The notes under the pieces: model-generated
Told to the model about the DNA's origin: nothing
Databases searched by the model: none
What the model saw: the letters and a program-made list of their open reading frames with translations, nothing else
Source of the DNA: Eledone cirrhosa
Taxonomy: Eukaryota
Reading direction: 5' to 3'
Length of the DNA stretch: 64,000 bases
Assembly (NCBI GenBank): GCA_964016885.1
Contig: OZ024740.1
Span: 411,990,001-412,054,000, forward strand
Translations under genes and position numbers: made by a program
Part shown: positions 27,701-41,278 of the stretch, in pieces
Position numbering within the stretch: position 1 is the first letter of the stretch
Layout: each line of letters begins with the position of its first letter

Positions 27701-28145
27701 CAAAGTAAACAATTTACCACATTCTGAGAAATGGTATGAGCATAGGCCAGAGGCGGTGATGGAGAACAATCAGGTGAAGGTGCTGTTGGATTTTAGGATA
27801 CAGACGGACAAAAAAGTGGAACACAATAGACCTGACCTGGTGGTTGTGGACAAAGAAAAAAGATCATGTCTGATTGTGGATGTGGCCTGCCCGTTCGACA
27901 CGAGAGTGCAAGAGAAGGAGAGGGAGAAAATTAACCGATACCAGGACCTAAAGTGGGAGGTGAAAAGGATTTGGAACTGCCATGAAGTCAAAGTGATCCC
28001 GATTGTCATAGGCGCACTGGGGACTATCTCCAAAAGTTTCCAGGGATGGTTAAAGAAAATCGGCCCCTTCACGCTTTTTGGAACGCTTCAAAAGGCATGC
28101 TTGCTTGGAACAGTAAGAACCCTCCGATACGTCCTGAATATCTGA
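24753..28145 (+). pseudogene. Family A RT-RLE ORF (1130 codons) with a single nonsense codon
   Basis: ORFs 24753 and 26352 are in frame; TGA at 26301-26303 where A1 and A3 have GGA; N-terminal W..E....CY..S.P..RGY..RM..W region typical of Dong/Rex6-type ORFs. Confidence 0.93.
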
Positions 28146-28250
28146 GGCTGCAGGTAGTGGCTTGATATTCAATCCAACGGACTTTCCAGTTAACCATCAT
28201 CAATGACTGAGATTCAAGGAATAACAACAACAATAATAATAATAATAATT

Positions 28251-28792
28251 CCTCTGGCTACACTATATAGGACAGCTAAACTCACCAACACCAGAAACTA
28301 GATACACCACCCACCCCATCATCTGTGTACACTAAAAACAACAGCATTTTCACCTTCACCGCCACCGCTCACTACGGCCATCATTACCACCACTATCCCA
28401 TCACCGCCGCCACCACCCCTTGACTCCTTCACTGCTGCTGCCACCGCTACAGCACCATCACTACAGTAATACGGCTCAAATATTCAAATATTCAACTTTG
28501 TATTGTACACTGTATATCCCCAAAAAATAAAATGGCTATAAATGGAAGAAGAAGAACCCCCCCTCCTCTCCTCTGGCTACACTATATAGGACAGCGAAAC
28601 TCACCAACACCAGAAACTAGATACACCACCCACCCCATCATCTGTGTACACTAAACACAACAGCATTTTCACCTTCACCGCCACCGCTCACTACGGCCAT
28701 CATTACCACCACTATCCCATCACCGCCGCCACCACCCCTTGACTCCTTCACTGCTGCTGCCACCGCTACAGCACCATCACTACAGTAATACG
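28251..28792 (+). repeat. Near-perfect direct repeat, ~319 bp period
   Basis: 28251-28472 is repeated at 28570-28792. Confidence 0.9.
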
Positions 28793-29366
28793 GTCGCATC
28801 ACCGCCACCACTGCCTCGGTATCGACATCACCACCACCACTGTCTCAGTATCGCCAACGCCGCCAGTCTCTGCTGGCTGCCACTTCCACATTATAGAATT
28901 CCTACTACTAACAAAGAGGAAGGCATCAAAATATATAGATAGACTCAAAAGAAAAAAGAAAAAACAAACAACAAAAGCAGCACAGCAACAACAGCAAAAA
29001 ACGAGAAAAACAAACAGAGAAAAACAAAAACAAAAAAAGAAACCCAAAAAACGTAAAGAAAATAAGAATGAAGAGAGAAGCAGGCGGACGGACAGAGAAG
29101 AGGGGGGAAAAAGTAAAACTTAAAAAACAAAAACTAAGTCAGACATTCGAATACTACATTACAATGAAACTTATGCTTATTCATTTTTGGGGCCCTTTCT
29201 GCCCGTGTGTTTGTTTGTTTATGTGTGTCCGTATACAGCGTGGTGATAATGCCACACAAGGGCCAAGTGGGATGGCGGATCCACAGATGGCTATGTAAAC
29301 ATACATTCGCCAATCCTCGATAAGAGTGTTTAAATATCGAACATAAACAGTTCGAATAACGGTGAA

Positions 29367-32300
29367 ATGGAGACTAGAACGTCATGTGACAGACTCTCAC
29401 CCAACAGGTGCCCCCTGGCTCAGCAGCAGGAACCTGACTGTCAACCAAATACTGCTGATGTTGGAGGAAGAAGAAGAAGGAAAGGGGCCAGAACCAACTG
29501 GACGAAAGAATTGAATAGAACTGTTATGCAATGCTACCTGAAAAGTAACCCCAAGGAGAGGGGCTACAGGAGACGGATGCATAACATCTGGAACGAGATT
29601 GGTTTATTTAAATTAGATGAACAAAAATTGGCCGGGCAGGCTCGGATAATAAGAACTAATGGGTGGATAAGCGAGCTGGAACTGGAGGAACTGAGCAGAG
29701 AGAATGGCTTGGAGATGGCGGGTGTAGTATGCCAGACAAGCGAGCCGGCGGGAAATGAAGGTGAGGAGGTCCTGAGAACGGAGGAACCACCCGAAGCAGA
29801 CAATGATCTGAATACTGAGATAAATAATACCTGGAACAGAGATACGGCCACTGAGGAGATGAATGCTGACGGGCTAGGACAAGATTCGGTTGACATCCTA
29901 AATTTAGTGGTAGATGAGTTGAACAATGATAGTGGGAGACCTATGAACCTAAGATTTGTAGACAGGAAAAAGTTAAAAGAAACAACAGCTAAGGTAAACA
30001 AAGTCATCCCATACCTTGAGGCGAGGAGTCTTCACCAGTGCAACAATATCCTCAAAGCAACAGCAAATACGGTGAGGAAACTACTTGGTATAAAAGCGAG
30101 AGGAAACAACAGACAAGAAAGAGCAGAGCCGTGGTGGAAGAAGCGACTGAGTGGGCAAATCGGGGAAATGAGAAATGACATAGGAAAGCTTGAGTCACTA
30201 CTGAATGGGACACTAAAAAACATAGGCACTAAAAATAGACTGGAAATAAAATACAAAACTAGGAGTAAAAAGCTAAATATTATCATAGAGGAATTGAAGC
30301 AACGCATTGTAGCAAAGAGTGCCAAAATCAGGCGATACGAGAACAGAGTCAGTCAGTATAAACAGAACCGCATGTTCGACAACAACCAGAAGATGCTGTT
30401 TGGACAGCTTGAGGGGAAAGAAAGAGGCAACGACTTGATCCCTGGGGCGGAACAAGCTAAAACATTCTGGAGAGGAATATGGGAGCAGGATGTTAGACAC
30501 AATGCCCAGGCAGGGTGGATTGAGACAGTACAGAGGGAGATCGGTGAGCAGGCACAGCAACAGACTGATTTGAGTATCACAGTTGAAACTCTTAAGGGGC
30601 AAGCCAGAAAACTAACCAACTGGAAATCACCAGGCCCAGATGGTGTGCAGGGGTATTGGATTAAACATTTAACATCCCTCCACCCGAAGCTGACGGCCAT
30701 GTTCAATGACTGCTTGGTGTCGGGTGAGGTGCCAGAGTGGTTGACAAAAGGTACCACAGTTCTGATAATGAAAGACCGAATCAAGGGTAATGATGTTACC
30801 AACTATAGACCTATCACATGTCTGCCCGTAATGTGGAAACTGTTGACGAGCATTGTGTCTGAGGAAATCTACCATCACCTCCACACAAACAACTTGTTGC
30901 CGGACGAACAGAAAGGATGCCGAAAGAAGTCACGTGGTACAAAGGACCAGTTGCTTATTGATAAGATGGTAATGGGGAATTGCAGGAGGAGACACACTGA
31001 TCTTGCCATGGGATGGATAGACTACAGAAAGGCATTTGACATGGTGCCTCATTCCTGGATCACCAAAAGCCTGGAGATCTTCAGGGTGGCAGATGACATC
31101 AGACAGTTGCTGGGCAGGAGTATGGGGTCCTGGGAGACAGAGTTGACATCAACTGGAGTATCCTTGGGAAGCGTGAAGATCAAGAGAGGTATCTTCCAGG
31201 GAGATAGCCTGTCCCCTCTGTTGTTTGTCCTTGCCCTGATGCCCTTGACCATTATGCTGCGAAAAGTGAGAGCAGGATACAAGTTGGGAAGGGGAGAGCT
31301 TACCATCAATCACCTCCTCTTCATGGACGATCTTAAGCTCTTCGGGAAAAGTTGGATGTGTTTGTTGACACTGTCCGTATTTTCAGCAGTGATATATGTA
31401 TGCAGTTTGGTATTGGTAAATGTGGAGTCATTGTGATGAGGAGGGGTAGGTTGAGCAGAAGTAACGGGATCCAGATACCAACAGGTGAGATGATAAAGGA
31501 AATTGACTCTGAGGAAGGATACAAGTATTTGGGCGTTCTGGAGGCTGATGGCATAAAGAACAAAAAAATGAAGGAATTGTTAAGAACTGAATACATTCGG
31601 AGAGTAAGGAGCGTATTGAAGTCACATCTGAACAGCAGAAATGCCATAAGCGCAGTAAATTCCCGAGCTGTGTCTATTATTAGGTACAGTGCGGGAATTC
31701 TGAGATGGAATGTTGCTGAACAAAAAGAAATGGATAGGAAGACTAGGAAGCTATTGACTATCTACAACATGTTCCACAAGAGGAGTGACGTCGATAGACT
31801 CTACCTAAGGAGATCTGAGGGTGGAAGAGGTCTTATCAGCATAGAGGACTGTGTTCAGATGGAGAAAAACAACCTATACAAATACGTGACCTATAGTAAG
31901 GAGCCAATGCTCAGAGCTGTACTGAAGGAGGGGACAGTAGGCCAGGGGATATCCAAGGAGGAAATAACATCAAGGAGGAAGAGCAGCCTTAAGGGAAAAT
32001 CCCTTCATAGTACCTTCTTTGAGAAAACTGAATTTAGAGATCCACAGACATGGAACTGGTTGAGAAGAGGAGACCTCAAAAAGGCTACAGAAGGAATGCT
32101 AATGGCTGCGCAGGAGCAGGCCCTCAAAACGAAGTGGTTGAAGCACCATATCTACAAGGAGGAGGCTAGCCCACTGTGCAGGATCTGTGGAGAGAGAGAG
32201 GAGACTGTGGCTCACATTGTGTCCGAGTGTAAACACCTAGCCCAGACCCACTATAAGGGCTGGAGACACGATGTGATGGGCAGGGTGATCCACTGGCACC

Positions 32301-32749
32301 TGTGCAAAGTAAACAATCTACCACATTCTGAGAAATGGTATGAGCATAGGCCAGAGGCGGTGATGGAGAACAGTCAGGTGAAGGTGCTGTGGGATTTTAG
32401 GATACAGACGGACAAAAAACTGGAACACAATAGACCTGACCTGGTGGTTGTGGACAAAGAAAAAAGATCGTGCCTGATTGTGGATGTGGCCTGCCCGTTC
32501 GACACGAGAGTGCAAGAGAAGGAGAGGGAGAAAATTAACCGATACCAGGACCTAAAGTGGGAGGTGAAAAGGATTTGGAACTGCCATGAAGTCAAAGTGA
32601 TCCCGATTGTCATAGGCGCACTGGGGACTATCTCCAAAGGTTTCCAGGGATGGTTAAAGAAAATCGGCCCCTTCACGCTTTTTGGAACGCTTCAAAAGGC
32701 ATGCTTGCTTGGAACGGCAAGAACCCTCCGATACGTCCTGAATATCTGA
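29367..32749 (+). pseudogene. Family A RT-RLE ORF with a single 10-bp frameshift deletion
   Basis: GGGAAAAG[TGAGAAGGAG]TTGG of A2 reads GGGAAAAGTTGG near 31350, just after FMDDLKLF; span 3383 = 3393-10. Confidence 0.93.
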
Positions 32750-32840
32750 GGCTGCAGGTAGTGGCTTGATATTCAATCCAACGGACTTTCCAGTTAACCA
32801 ACATCAATGACTGAGATTCAAGGAATAACAATAACAATAA

Positions 32841-32918
<78 letters not shown>

Positions 32919-33589
32919 AAGAAGAATGATGATAGTAATAGATGAAATAGCTAGAATAATTCTATGGGAATTGCATAACCAATTAGAAAAGGATCCTACA
33001 AAATATTTAGACTAATATTAAACATTGACATCAACACTATAAATAAGATTGTAAGAATAAATACGCTTGTCATTGAAGTTATATATTACAGCTTCACTAT
33101 TAAAAAAATTGGAAATGAGTCAGTTGAAAAATGAGTGAAGAGAAAATGAATGAAATTGAAAAACACAAGAACCCAATGCCGGCGTGTCAGTTGGCCAACA
33201 GTGATATAAACAGAATATATATACCCCACAAACGATGAAGCCTGATAAAAATAGAAAATTACTATCAAATAAAAATGACACGGCATTGTAAACAATCTTT
33301 GAAGCAAATAGAGGAAATTTTATGAATGTAATTTAGAAACATGAAAAAAAATTCTTTATGTATAATGATGTGACAAAGTACAGAGTAAAGACTCACAAAG
33401 CTAAAACATTAAAGTAGATAACAAAATAATGAAAACGATTAAAGAGACAAAAACAACAACGGAATTACAAATTATACTAAATCGAGAAAAAACATTTATG
33501 GCTAAAACCCAGCAAGCTATAATATATTTAGGTTTAGCAGGCCTCTTCCAAGGTATATCTCATTGGAAGTGTCTTGGGTGAGTTAATGA

Positions 33590-33751
33590 TAGGGATCCCA
33601 GTCCTATCAACTCATTTCTTCAGCTGAGTAAACTGGAGCATCGTGAAATAAAGTATCTTTCTCAAGGAAACAACACATCACCCGGTCCGAGAATTGAATT
33701 CACAACCTATTGATTGCAAGCCCAATGTTGTAACCACTAAGCCATGCGCCT
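33590..33751 (-). mobile_element. Second tRNA-derived SINE family
   Basis: Minus strand GGCGCATGGCTTAGTGGTTA (A box)...GAATTCAATTCTC (B box)...CCTTGAGAAAGATACTTTATTTCAC core. Confidence 0.65.
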
Positions 33752-34145
33752 TCTATATAATATAATGGGAGTAATAAAAATCTAGAACAAACGATGCTTC
33801 AAATTTTCTGGAGTAATAGCAGAAAGAAATGAACTGAATCTGCACTACGCCATCGTCTGCTCTCAAACCAATCTAAGGGTAAAATGTATCCTAACACGAA
33901 TGTCAGACTGCATAAACGGCAAAAATAAAATAAAAAAATCATGTCGGCTGGCCCATTTCTTGCGAGATCTGAATTTAAAGTTCCATGATCGCGTTGGCAG
34001 CTATGTTATTTGAACAATATATTCATGATCTAATGAGATAAAAACGTACCGAAAGTCCAGCATACAAATGACCTATTAATCCAAATACATACGTACATTC
34101 ACCACAGGTACATACACACACACGCGCACAGACCCCCTATATATA

Positions 34146-34226
<81 letters not shown>

Positions 34227-34555
34227 ATGTGTGAAGGTAGATAAGGGTTTGTTTATGTATGTCAGAAATGAATTCTTAAACAAGAAAGCTGCCTACCAGA
34301 GAGGTATCCTTTGAATCATATAACATACATCTCAAAGCAGGTAAATATGGTATATGGGTCCATAAGAGATCACGGGTTATATTAATAGAAGCAAGTATTG
34401 CACCAAGAAAAATATGTGTACGAGATTAGGAATTTATTATTTGCTGTAACATATGTTTCTGTATATATTATAATCGTCTACATATGCTGAATACAATATA
34501 TATTGTTCAATCATATACAATACTTAATTATTTAACACACTTCATCAAAAAGCCT

Positions 34556-34615
34556 GCGAGTGTCAGCTGAAAAGTTCATAGGTTAACCAAGATACTTTCA
34601 TAGCGTGATGTAATG
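34556..34615 (+). mobile_element. Possible Tc1/mariner terminal inverted repeat remnant
   Basis: CGAGTGTCAGCTGAAAAGTTCATAGG resembles mariner TIR starts; no partner TIR found. Confidence 0.3.
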
Positions 34616-35934
34616 TTTCGATTAATGCCTGCAAGGTTCTACAGCTGTAGCATCAATCATTCATAGCCAGCCTACTCACGTATGTATATTCAGAGAGAGA
34701 TACATGAAGAGATTAGTATAGGTAAATAGATAGTTATATAGAGAAATATGAGTGTGTGTAAACTTGGTTTTCGCAGAGGAGATTCAACGATAGTAATGAC
34801 AAAATTGTATTCTTATGTGAACGCTAATGTAGTACTCAGACCGGAACATTAACAAGTAATTGGTAAGTCCATATTTTATTTAAAGATGCTTTTGTTACTG
34901 CTGCGGTATACAATTGCGGTTCAGCCTCTTACGTAGTACCTATTTGAACATATTTAAACAATTGCAGTAATAATTAAGTCGAAATTAAAGGAAATAATCG
35001 ATCATAAAATGAACGACATAGCATATTTATAGTTTCATCTAAAATAGGCAGCTGTCGTCTTATCATGACGCTTAATTCTGTTAGGCGCTTCTCAGTTGTA
35101 TACTAAGACATCATAGAATTATCAGTATAGACATTTTCTATTACTAACGTCTAGCATTATATATGCTGCAGTAAAGAATGATATCAAATTTCAGCTTTAG
35201 CCTCGCCGTATCAAATACATTTGGGAACAGGAGATTGAAAATACGTATTTGATTTTGTAAACATGTGGTTTAGTGGAACTAACCGTTTTGCAATTTTTTC
35301 TCCGCGTCTCTTTGTGTCTTTATAATATGGTATAACACAACTAAACCATTCGCTATTTTTCTCCCCCGTTCCCTTTGGATATATGTTTTTAGGGAAACAA
35401 CCTGCAGCGTTAAAAATTATATTCTGCTGAATAGAATAGTAACAGCCTCACAACATAGCGATTAAGGGCAATATAAAGACATTAAAACAAAACTAATAAT
35501 ATATATAGACAGGTCCTTTCTCTCGCCACACACTCACACATAGAATCACAATAACTACATAGTAACAAGTAGAAAATAGAGTAGAGAGACAAAACAATAT
35601 ATAACAAAACAAATATATAAATACACACATTCTGATGAACCATTTGTGGAGTCTCGGTTCACAGCTCAGGGAGTAAAGATAGTGTAAAACAGAACAAAGA
35701 GCAGACAGAAATAACAAGATAGTCACAAAAAGTGTCACAGATTATGTGACGAAAGACCTTTGACAATCAACCACTATACAACGATTCGCTTATTAATCTA
35801 ACCTACGCAAGATTATAATAAATTGAAGTGAAACTCAACTGGTGCGTGTGTTTTATTAGGCAGCATAAACGATAAAAAACATCCGTTTCAACACATGATT
35901 TCCCATCAACTATCTTGCATAAAATATACAAAAT

Positions 35935-36029
35935 GAAGTATATTTATATATATACATACATGCATATATATTCCCCAGCATGGCCTCAGCCGGATGGCTA
36001 GATCAGGTAAAAGAGTAAAAGAGTAAAAG

Positions 36030-36119
<90 letters not shown>

Positions 36120-36200
36120 GAGATATTTTACTCTTTTACCTGATCTAGCCATCCATGCTGGAGAATATATATGTATGTATGTATATATATAAATATACTT
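35935..36200. repeat. Inverted repeat enclosing a (TA)n(GA)n microsatellite
   Basis: GAAGTATATTT...GGATGGCTAGATCAGGTAAAAGAGTAAAA is matched by TTTTACTCTTTTACCTGATCTAGCCATCC...AAATATACTTC. Confidence 0.75.
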
Positions 36201-36345
36201 CTGGAGTCCAGAAATAGATGTCGAAACGGCTAGAGCTCTGCCGTCGGGGTCATACGTTTTTCCTATTTCCTACTCTACTATACTCAGTATTGAGTACTCT
36301 GGTGCGTTATGGTCCATCTGGTTCCTTACCACAATTCCTTTGTTA
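36200..36345 (+). mobile_element. PLE terminal fragment F8 with hammerhead 3' half
   Basis: GAAACGGC-TAGAGCTCT-GCCGTC; tail TTATGGTCCATCTGG...ACCACAATTCCTTT also occurs at 49520-49555. Confidence 0.55.
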
Positions 36346-36364
36346 TATATATATATTGTATATA

Positions 36365-36625
36365 TTAGAAAGTGAGGTTTTTTTTTTACAAAATGGAAAA
36401 TAACCGAGGTGTCCTACACGAGTGAATGTATCAGGAAAAAAGATGAAATCGAAAATGCAACTGGAGTCTTTTTTGTTTTTAAATATATATTTATTTAGTT
36501 CTTTTACCGGTTTTGCAGTTCTGCTTTTCAAAACTAGAATTGAGATGGAGGATTTGTGGTTTTTCTCAAAACTATATATATTTAAAAAAAAAGACTCCAG
36601 TTGCATTTTCGATTTCATCTCCTTT

Positions 36626-36628
<3 letters not shown>
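36365..36628 (-). mobile_element. Short F1 PLE-type fold-back
   Basis: Same sequence and layout as 4053-4340; HHR core degenerate. Confidence 0.7.
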
Positions 36629-36687
<59 letters not shown>

Positions 36688-36689
<2 letters not shown>

Positions 36690-37103
36690 CTCTAGACCTT
36701 TGTCACTTAGTAGAACCTTAATGATTTTAGCTTTTAAAGAATCTCCCTTTTCTTTAATTCTATCGACCATGACTGACCCCCCACTGATCTTATAGACATC
36801 TGTTAGCTTAAGAGAAACTTAATGACAAGGAATGGTATGCCATCCGGAACCTGTTTATAGAATTCTGTCTGCCCTTGTTACTCTAAAAACATAAATAAAT
36901 AAAAATAAACTATAGCTTTGTAGAATTAGCTTTTAATGAATTCCCTTTTCTATCAACCAATGACCGACACCCATCTCACTCCCCACCCTCTCCTACCACT
37001 TGTAGAGACCTATAAATACCATTTTTATTTTTTGATACCCAGATTCCTGATGATTTCTAATGAATGAAACAGTTCTAGTCCTGTAGAATCTCATCTATAT
37101 TAA

Positions 37104-37107
<4 letters not shown>
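36688..37107 (+). mobile_element. PLE 3' fragment (F3) with hammerhead-like motif at 37042-37090
   Basis: GATTC-CTGATGA-TTTCTAATGAAT-GAAAC...GTC...GAATC; second copy on the minus strand at 38148-38197 with an inverted partial at 38200-38238; (TA)n flanks; stems imperfect. Confidence 0.5.
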
Positions 37108-37160
<53 letters not shown>

Positions 37161-37834
37161 TATATAAATATATATATGTGTGTGTGTGTTTGTGTGTGTG
37201 TGTTAGGAAAAGCAGATAAGGCATGCTTAGAAAAGACCTACTTAACTATACATTCTAACACGTGTTTTGTTATCGAGTTATGTCACAGGATCTACGATAA
37301 CTGTTCAAATGTTCCAATCTCTCCCTCGCAACCCATTGTTATTCAACGAATTGTCAGAGAACAAATCACTTTCCAAGGGATACTCGTATCGAAGATAATA
37401 AGAAGATGTATTGATTAGCTGACCTATGAGCTTCCTGCAATATTTGGTATTATATAAATGAGATATGACATTGGCTGAGAAATAGTTATTTCATAGATCA
37501 AAGGCGATCTTATGTTTGATAGGAGTGGATATTGTGTTAAAAAGTAAAGAGACTGTAAATTCATTAATTTTAATAATATCAGCATGACAGTTACAGATAA
37601 GCATGAAGCTGAAATAGGGGAACTAGCGTCACGGGTCTATGTAATAAAACTGGGTATTTGAAAAGTGATAGAAATAGAGAAATTTAGAGAAAATGGAGGT
37701 AGAGTTATGGGTTCATATCATGGGTTAGATAGAGTTATAATTTCCAAATGGTTTTGTGTTTAACCCAATCACATAGCATTCAAGATATATGGCTGGCGAC
37801 TCTTTACGGGCTTCTCTGGCTACTATATCCGTCT

Positions 37835-38378
<544 letters not shown>

Positions 38379-39876
38379 AATATGGGGGGGGGGGTATATT
38401 AATTCAGAGATGGCTAAATATCCCCATGTAATTACACGTTTATATTTGTAAACATGCCATATGCCAAACATGTGGAATTATCTACCAATTTCCATAATAT
38501 TTTATGGTTACATTGTTAGGTAATACAATTATATGTAAGGATGTGCACTAAGCAGCAGAATAAATCCAAATCTGCACACAAAGTGCTTGGAACCATTTAT
38601 AATTTATATATGTAAATATGTAAATATGTAAACATGTCGTATTTGCTTATTCTTCCGTAGATTGACATGAGTTCCACGAGTATACTATATTTAAACATTT
38701 CTTTTGCACATTAAAACTAAGGGCAATTAGGTAACTAATATATTACCATGGCATATGGTAGTTAATTTATGCGACAAATTATAGAATGTTTATGCTTAAT
38801 TACTAAAATTGTGCACAAAACAGCCGAAGTATACTGCAATTGCTATCTCTGCAATAATAGCATCTCTCTCTCTCTTCCTCTTTCGATCTCTCTCACTTTA
38901 CAAACACACACACGCACACACACACACACATATATACATAAATCTATCAATTTACCCATATGTATATATATATAAATTAATAAAAATAATGAATAAAAAC
39001 ATAGAAACAGTTCTTTATGTTAAAAAATTCATCATTTTACGATCGTTTCTAGGATATATATGTGTGTGTTGGTATGTATATCATATAGATCTATGTAAAA
39101 CTTTTACAAACTATCAGAGGGAATATACATACCTACACATATATATGCTGTCTTCAGAAATAATACGGATTGGACACTACCGTATATTTTGGTAGATTTA
39201 TCTACATATATATATATACAGTATATATATATATATGCACACATGCATATATGTGTATGTGTTTTTATACGTGTGTATGAGTATTTATGCCTGTCTAGAT
39301 GTGTATATGTGTGTGTGTATGTATGTGTATATATGTGTATATATATTTGTATATGCACATCCCGTGTATGTTTTTTTTTAAAGTTGTCTTTATCAACCCC
39401 CCGCCCCCTTCCTCCACGCCTCCACACTTATCGCTGTCAATACGTATCCCTTTTGCCCTTATTGTTGACTTTGTATATTTTTTGTTCTTATTCATTTATT
39501 TATTTATTATTTCATGTATATTCCATATATGTATTTATGTTCCTGTCTGTAAACGCTAATACGCTTATGTTTATAAAGTATACGTCTTCTTACCTTTTAA
39601 GTATATGTGCGTGGTTTAGTGAGTCTGCTTACCTTCTGGATAGTTATTGTTTTATTTATATATATTTATTTATATATTTTGTCTACCCTTCTTTTTCGTT
39701 CGTTTGTTTCTCAGCCTCATTTTCATATTTCTTAAATATTTTGGTTTTCAAATCCATATTTAATAAAAACACCATGTTTTTTTTATTTATTCTGACGACT
39801 GAAAACAGATATAATATCTGCTTTTAAGAAACAACTGGTAAATGAAATAATTATGTTATGTTTTTTAATACATAAC

Positions 39877-39943
<67 letters not shown>

Positions 39944-40196
39944 GCTCACGTCTTGTAGATTTGAATCAAACAAGCATCCAGTTGCTAGGGAACCGAACGT
40001 ATGACATAAGTGCATCTTAATATCGTAACATAAATATTAGAAATTGACATTTTTGTTCTTATACATTTCTGTCTCTGCATTCTGGGTATTTATCTTTCCA
40101 TTCACAGTTTCTGTATAACGGCCTACGAATTTATTTTAACTCTTTTGTAAAATCTGTGTCGATGTTATTTAGCATCAGACTAAACGATATATGTTT

Positions 40197-40270
<74 letters not shown>

Positions 40271-40325
40271 ACAGCTCGACTCCTTTCTCTCCTTCTTCTG
40301 CTCCTTCCACCCCTCCCTCCACTTC

Positions 40326-41278
40326 ACCACCCACGTCCACTTCTTAGACATCTCCGTCGCCTTCGACCCCTCCCACCACTCCCTCGTCACCTCCGCCTTC
40401 TTCAAACCCACCGATTCCCACTCTTACCTCGACTTCACATCTTCCCACTCCACCCACACTAAACACTCCATTCCCTACTCCCAACTTCTCAGAATCCGCC
40501 GCCTCTGTAGCCGAGATGCTGACTTCGAGTCCCAGGCCCTTTCCCTAGTCAGCCATTTCATCCGCAGAGGTTACCCCCCTCTCTCGTCCACACCGCTCTC
40601 ACCCGCGCCCGTGCTGTCCCCCGCTCCACCACCCTCACCCCACGCCACCGTACACCCACCCACCGTCTCCCCCTCCCCATCGCCTACCACCCCTCCACCT
40701 TATCCCTCCACCGCACCATCCGCCGCCTCTTCCGACGCCTCCAGTCCGACCCCTCCACCTCCCACATCTTCCCAACCCCACCACTCCCCTCCTTCAAACG
40801 CGCACGCAATCTCCGCACCCTTCTCGTCCACAGCTCCCTACCCCCCAACCCACGCCCCCCCGGTTCCTTTCCCTGTTCTAGGCCCTGCTGCAACACCTGT
40901 CCCAACATCACCAACACCACCAGCTTCCAGGGTCCCAACGGCCACTCTCTCTCTGTCCGGCATGCCTTCCGCTGCACCTCCTCCAAACTAGTCTACGGAC
41001 TTCGCTGCACAGAGTGCAGTGCGACTTATGTCGGACAGAAGTAACGTCACCTGGCGGACCGATTCACTGAGCACCTACGGGATATTCGTCTCGGTGGTAG
41101 TTCCCCCATCGCCCGCCACTTTGGTGGCCCTGGACATTCCGCACGCCATCTCACAGTCTGTGGCCTACTCCAATGCCACGGAACACCCGCCAATCGCCTT
41201 AGAGTCGAACAAAGAACTATCTTCATCTTACAGACCCACACTCCCCCCGGCCTGAACTCCCCACCCTTATTCCTTTAG
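40326..41278 (+). pseudogene. PLE RT thumb plus GIY-YIG endonuclease remnant (missed by the ORF track)
   Basis: Manual translation: VHFLDISV...FFKPTDSHSYLDFTSSH...SIPYSQLLRIRRLCS...RRGYP; PCSRPCCNTC; KLVYGLRCTECSATYVGQK*RHLADRFTEHL...EQRTIFILQTHTPPGLN. Confidence 0.88.

Larger units (their letters stand above)
23698..28249 (+). mobile_element. R4/Dong-clade family A copy 2 with leader
   Basis: Near-identical to copy 3 (ORF starts 4614 bp apart); (AAC/AAT)n tail. Confidence 0.92.
28250..32926 (+). mobile_element. R4/Dong-clade family A copy 3 with duplicated leader module
   Basis: Starts directly after the A2 tail; ends in (AAT)n then (GAA)n. Confidence 0.92.

Noticed and set aside
15709-32676. 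Recurring antisense ORFs inside the Dong copies
   Set aside because: They are shadows of the sense ORF, repeated because the copies are near-identical.
13639-32926. CRISPR-, integron- or retron-like prokaryotic system
   Set aside because: Eukaryotic context; the RTs have CCHC plus RLE non-LTR architecture, and there is no repeat-spacer array or recombinase.
35632-35765. CTGATGA at 35632 and GTCAC/GTGAC-GAAA at ~35733 as a hammerhead
   Set aside because: The core halves cannot be joined by a consistent stem II and stem I.
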